From: an uncultured Planctomycetota bacterium
Lineage (GTDB): Bacteria; Planctomycetota; Planctomycetia; Isosphaerales; Isosphaeraceae
Assembly (NCBI GenBank): GCA_963845755.1
Contig: CAWJTV010000026.1
Span: 128,001 to 192,000 of the forward strand
Direction of reading: 5' to 3'
DNA: 64,000 nucleotides
The stretch's first letter is position 1; each line of letters begins with the position of its first letter. A program made the position numbers and the translations under genes. The notes under the pieces were generated by a model. It was not told where the DNA came from, did no database searches, and worked only from the letters and a program-made list of their open reading frames with translations. Below are positions 60,977 to 64,000 of the stretch, one piece after another.

Positions 60977-62207
60977 TCACAGGTACGACAGCCATCCCCC
61001 ACGGTGGCGCCGCTTGACCCCTGCGAACCATCGGCAGGGCGGATACAAGATGGCGAGCACCACGGCCCAGATCGCGTAGGTCCACGGTAAGCCGAGCGGC
61101 CACCCCGGGGGCTGGCCGGTCAGTGTGGCCTCGGAGAAGAGCCAGCCGAGGGGAAAGCCCCGCCCCATGGCGACGAGGATGGCTAGCGAGTGGAGCATGT
61201 ACCATTGCAAGAGGTAAAAGAACAATGGTACGCGTCCGAGCGTTACCAGTGCCCGGCGGAGAGGGCCGCGGGCACCCATGTCGTCGAACCACGCCAGACC
61301 CACCAGCGCCGGACCGAGCGTCATCAACAGGAACAGGAGCGACGGCGGGTACTTCGTGCAGTTCAGGAACGCCAGCGCCGTGAGGAGCGGCGTGCGCTGC
61401 GTGGTCCACGGGTTCGGCTCACCGTAACCGCCCCAGGCGCGCAGGCCCACGAACGCCGTGGTCAACACCAGGCCGGTGGCGAGCATCACCGAACGCCTCC
61501 GCGCCGGTTCGAGCTGGATCACTTCGCCGAATCCATAGCCCGCGGCGACCACCCCGAGCCAGGGGAGCAGCGGGTAGCCTACGGTCACATTCACGCCCCC
61601 CGGCAGCGAGAACAGTCCCGGCCGGAAGAAGAGCACGGCCAGCGGCTGGAGTGGTCCCAGGACGCCGGGATTGAAACCGAACAGATCGGCCAGATTGTGG
61701 GTTGCGATCAACAATACGCCGAGCACCCAATCACCCGGCTGGGAAGGAAGACCAGCCCCGACATCACCAGGAACGACCCGCCGATCGACCAGAAGACGAG
61801 CAGCATCTCCCTGCGGGCGCCGGGTTGAAGAACAGGCCGAACTTCACCACGGTCAGCTCGAGGATGATCAGCCAGATCCCGCGCGTGGCGAGGAACCGCG
61901 CGAGATCGGCCCGAGACCGGCCCCGAACACCGGCCAGGTAGGCGCCCGTCCCTGCAAGGAAGGCGAACGACGGCGCGCAGAAATGCGTGATCCATCGCGT
62001 CAGGAACAGCGCAGGGGTCGCCCGGGAGAGATCGGTCGGGCTGACGGGTCCGTTGCTGAAGAAGTCGCGCGTATGGTCGATCACCATCAACACCATCACC
62101 AGCCCGCGGAGCAGGTTGACCGCGTCGTAGCGAGCGGACGGAGTGGACGTGGGCGTCGCCGCAAGTTCGGTTGTGTTGTCCGACAGGACGGCGGGCTCGA
62201 TCGACAC
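60977..62207 (-). CDS. DUF1624 / heparan-alpha-glucosaminide N-acetyltransferase-like membrane protein; frameshifts near 61820 and 61730
   Basis: LRGLVMVLMVIDHTRD, TRWITHFCAP, KYPPSL, GRVPLFFY. Confidence 0.88.
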
Positions 62208-62634
62208 GCTGTGGGTTCCTTGACGCCAACCGGGCGGATCCCCTCGGGCTCTCGATCTCCGAACACGGGTCCTGTCATATTGATCGAATCCCCGCGCGTT
62301 GCAAGTGGGTTCTTCCCGGGCATGGCGCACGGCGAGCCCATGCTTGGCGGAGGTGTGGCGGGGAAAGACGCCCGTCTCCTGTGGGCCGGCGTTGCGGCTG
62401 CGCCGAGTGCGGAGAGAGGGCGGTGGACCCGCTCACTGGCGGGAATTTCCGTTGTCCGCCGCATTCCGGGGCGTGCCGCAGGATGGCTTCGCGCAAGCCT
62501 GGATCGCGTCGGAAACCCGATCCTGCCTCCCCAGCGGAGGTCAGGATCGCGATGCAGCCCGGTTCCGGAAAAAGCCGGCGCACGATGAGGGATCGGCGTC
62601 TTCGCCGCATCCGTCCCGCGGGTGAAGAGGGGCC

Positions 62635-63494
62635 CTAGTTTTCCACCGGCTCGCCGATTTCGCGGAGGTCGCTCGTGAGCTTTTGCAGCGCCTGGTTTTC
62701 GAGCTGGCGGACGCGTTCCCGGGTGAGGCCCAGGTTCTCGCCGACCTCGCGCAGGGTCATGGGGTCGTAGGGCTCGAGTCCGAACCGCATGCGGATGACG
62801 GTGGCCTCGCGGTTGTCGAGCTCGTCGATGTGCTCGAAGATGCGGTCGAGGTCGTCGGCCTCGATGAGCTGGTCTTCCGCGCCCTTGGTGCGATCGTCGG
62901 TCAGGACGTCGTCCAGCGCCGGGCCCTCGTCTTGCGAGTTCTCGCTGTGCGGAGTCAGGTTGTTGACCCGGATCGCCTTGGCGACGATGCCGATCTTTCG
63001 CTTGGAGAGCCGCAGCGCCTTGCCGACCTCCTCCGGCGTGGGGGCGCGCCCATCCGCTCGGTTAGCACATCGGTGGCCCGCTTCCATTTCGCCAGCAGGC
63101 TCACCATGTAGGCCGGCAGCCGGATCGGCTTGCCGTTGTTCATCACCGCGCGCCGGATCGATTGCTTGATCCAGTAACTGGCGTAGGTGCTGAACCGCGT
63201 GTCCATCATGCCGTCGAACCCTTCGACGGCGCGCATCAGACCGAGGTTCCCTTCCTCGATCAGGTCCTCCAGGCTCAGCCCCTTGCCCAGGTAGCCCCGC
63301 GCGATGTTCACGACCAGCCGCAGGTTGGCCTTGACCATGTGGTCCCGCGCGTACGGGTCGCCCATCGCCACACGCTCCGCCAGATCCCGCTCCTCGTCGG
63401 CCGACAAGAGTGGCGTATCGTTGATATCATGCAGGTAGATCTGCAGTGGAGACGCTGGATGAATTTCCCGGCGATCAATCCGGCGAACGCTCAT
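62635..63494 (-). CDS. Sigma-70 family sigma factor (RpoD/RpoS-like, no region 1.1), frameshift near 63065
   Basis: ANLRLVV, DLIEEGNLGL, RFSTYASYWIKQ, TLREVG..LGLTRERVRQLE. Confidence 0.93.
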
Positions 63495-64000
63495 GGCGGG
63501 TTTTTCCCAGGTGAGAGTCGAGAGGTCGTATGGAAATGTCTCGCGACGAACCGGCCTCGCGATTCCGCGATTGCGCACTCGCGCTGGTCCGCGACAGAAA
63601 CCTAGGACATGTCGGGCCGCTGTCAACTCGTGCTGCCAGAAAGCGACCGTGATTGAGGGGACGTGGGGGCCGGGATTCGCGATTCGAGATTGAGGTCGTG
63701 TCCCGGCCGCGGGGAGCGGCCGGTTTCCGCGGTTCCTCGGAGGGGATGAGGATCCGGTGTCGAGGCGCACAAAGTGTGATTTCTCTTCGAGTTAGAGCGA
63801 CTGCCGATTCTGGCTCATCATTGCCTCGGTCTCAAGGATTCTGGGATGACTTCCTCCGACGACGAAGCAGAGCGTCACAGGGGGCGAAGACCGTAATCGT
63901 CCGGGCTTTGGTGTTATCGAGCCGGCAGGGGACGGGCCCGCCAGAGCCTGACTTCCCCGTCGTGGCTGCACGACGCGAGAGATAGGCCGTCGGGGGCGAA

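Overview
High-GC bacterial DNA that reads as Planctomycetota, probably Isosphaeraceae-like (CRTAC1/ASPIC-UnbV proteins, DUF1559, LEPRxLL motif, TIGR02999 ECF sigma, TIGR03067, four or more Ser/Thr kinases). Many ordinary genes carry single-base indels, most likely long-read assembly errors. The left half (1-33 kb) holds two CRTAC1-type genes with a TPR gene, an FkbH-ACP-MBOAT-SGNH-like acyl-transfer operon with a convergent VOC gene, a MurE paralog with degenerate motifs, and a PspA-like/FHA/kinase/ECF sigma/Zn anti-sigma operon. The stretch from about 33.9 to 56.2 kb is an accessory island. It has two decayed copies of one tyrosine recombinase, an IS66 element, two MITEs, about six toxin-antitoxin-like modules (three share one promoter), low-GC orphans and an ECF-kinase-WD40 block. 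The most notable signal is a set of degenerate dif/Xer-like sites at module boundaries, four of them in alternating orientation as in pdif-module arrays. This is a by-eye hypothesis that needs a motif search. The right end has a DUF1444-like gene, an XRE-PBP regulator, an FAD/NAD-binding protein, DUF1624 and a sigma-70 factor. No rRNA, tRNA or CRISPR array was recognised.
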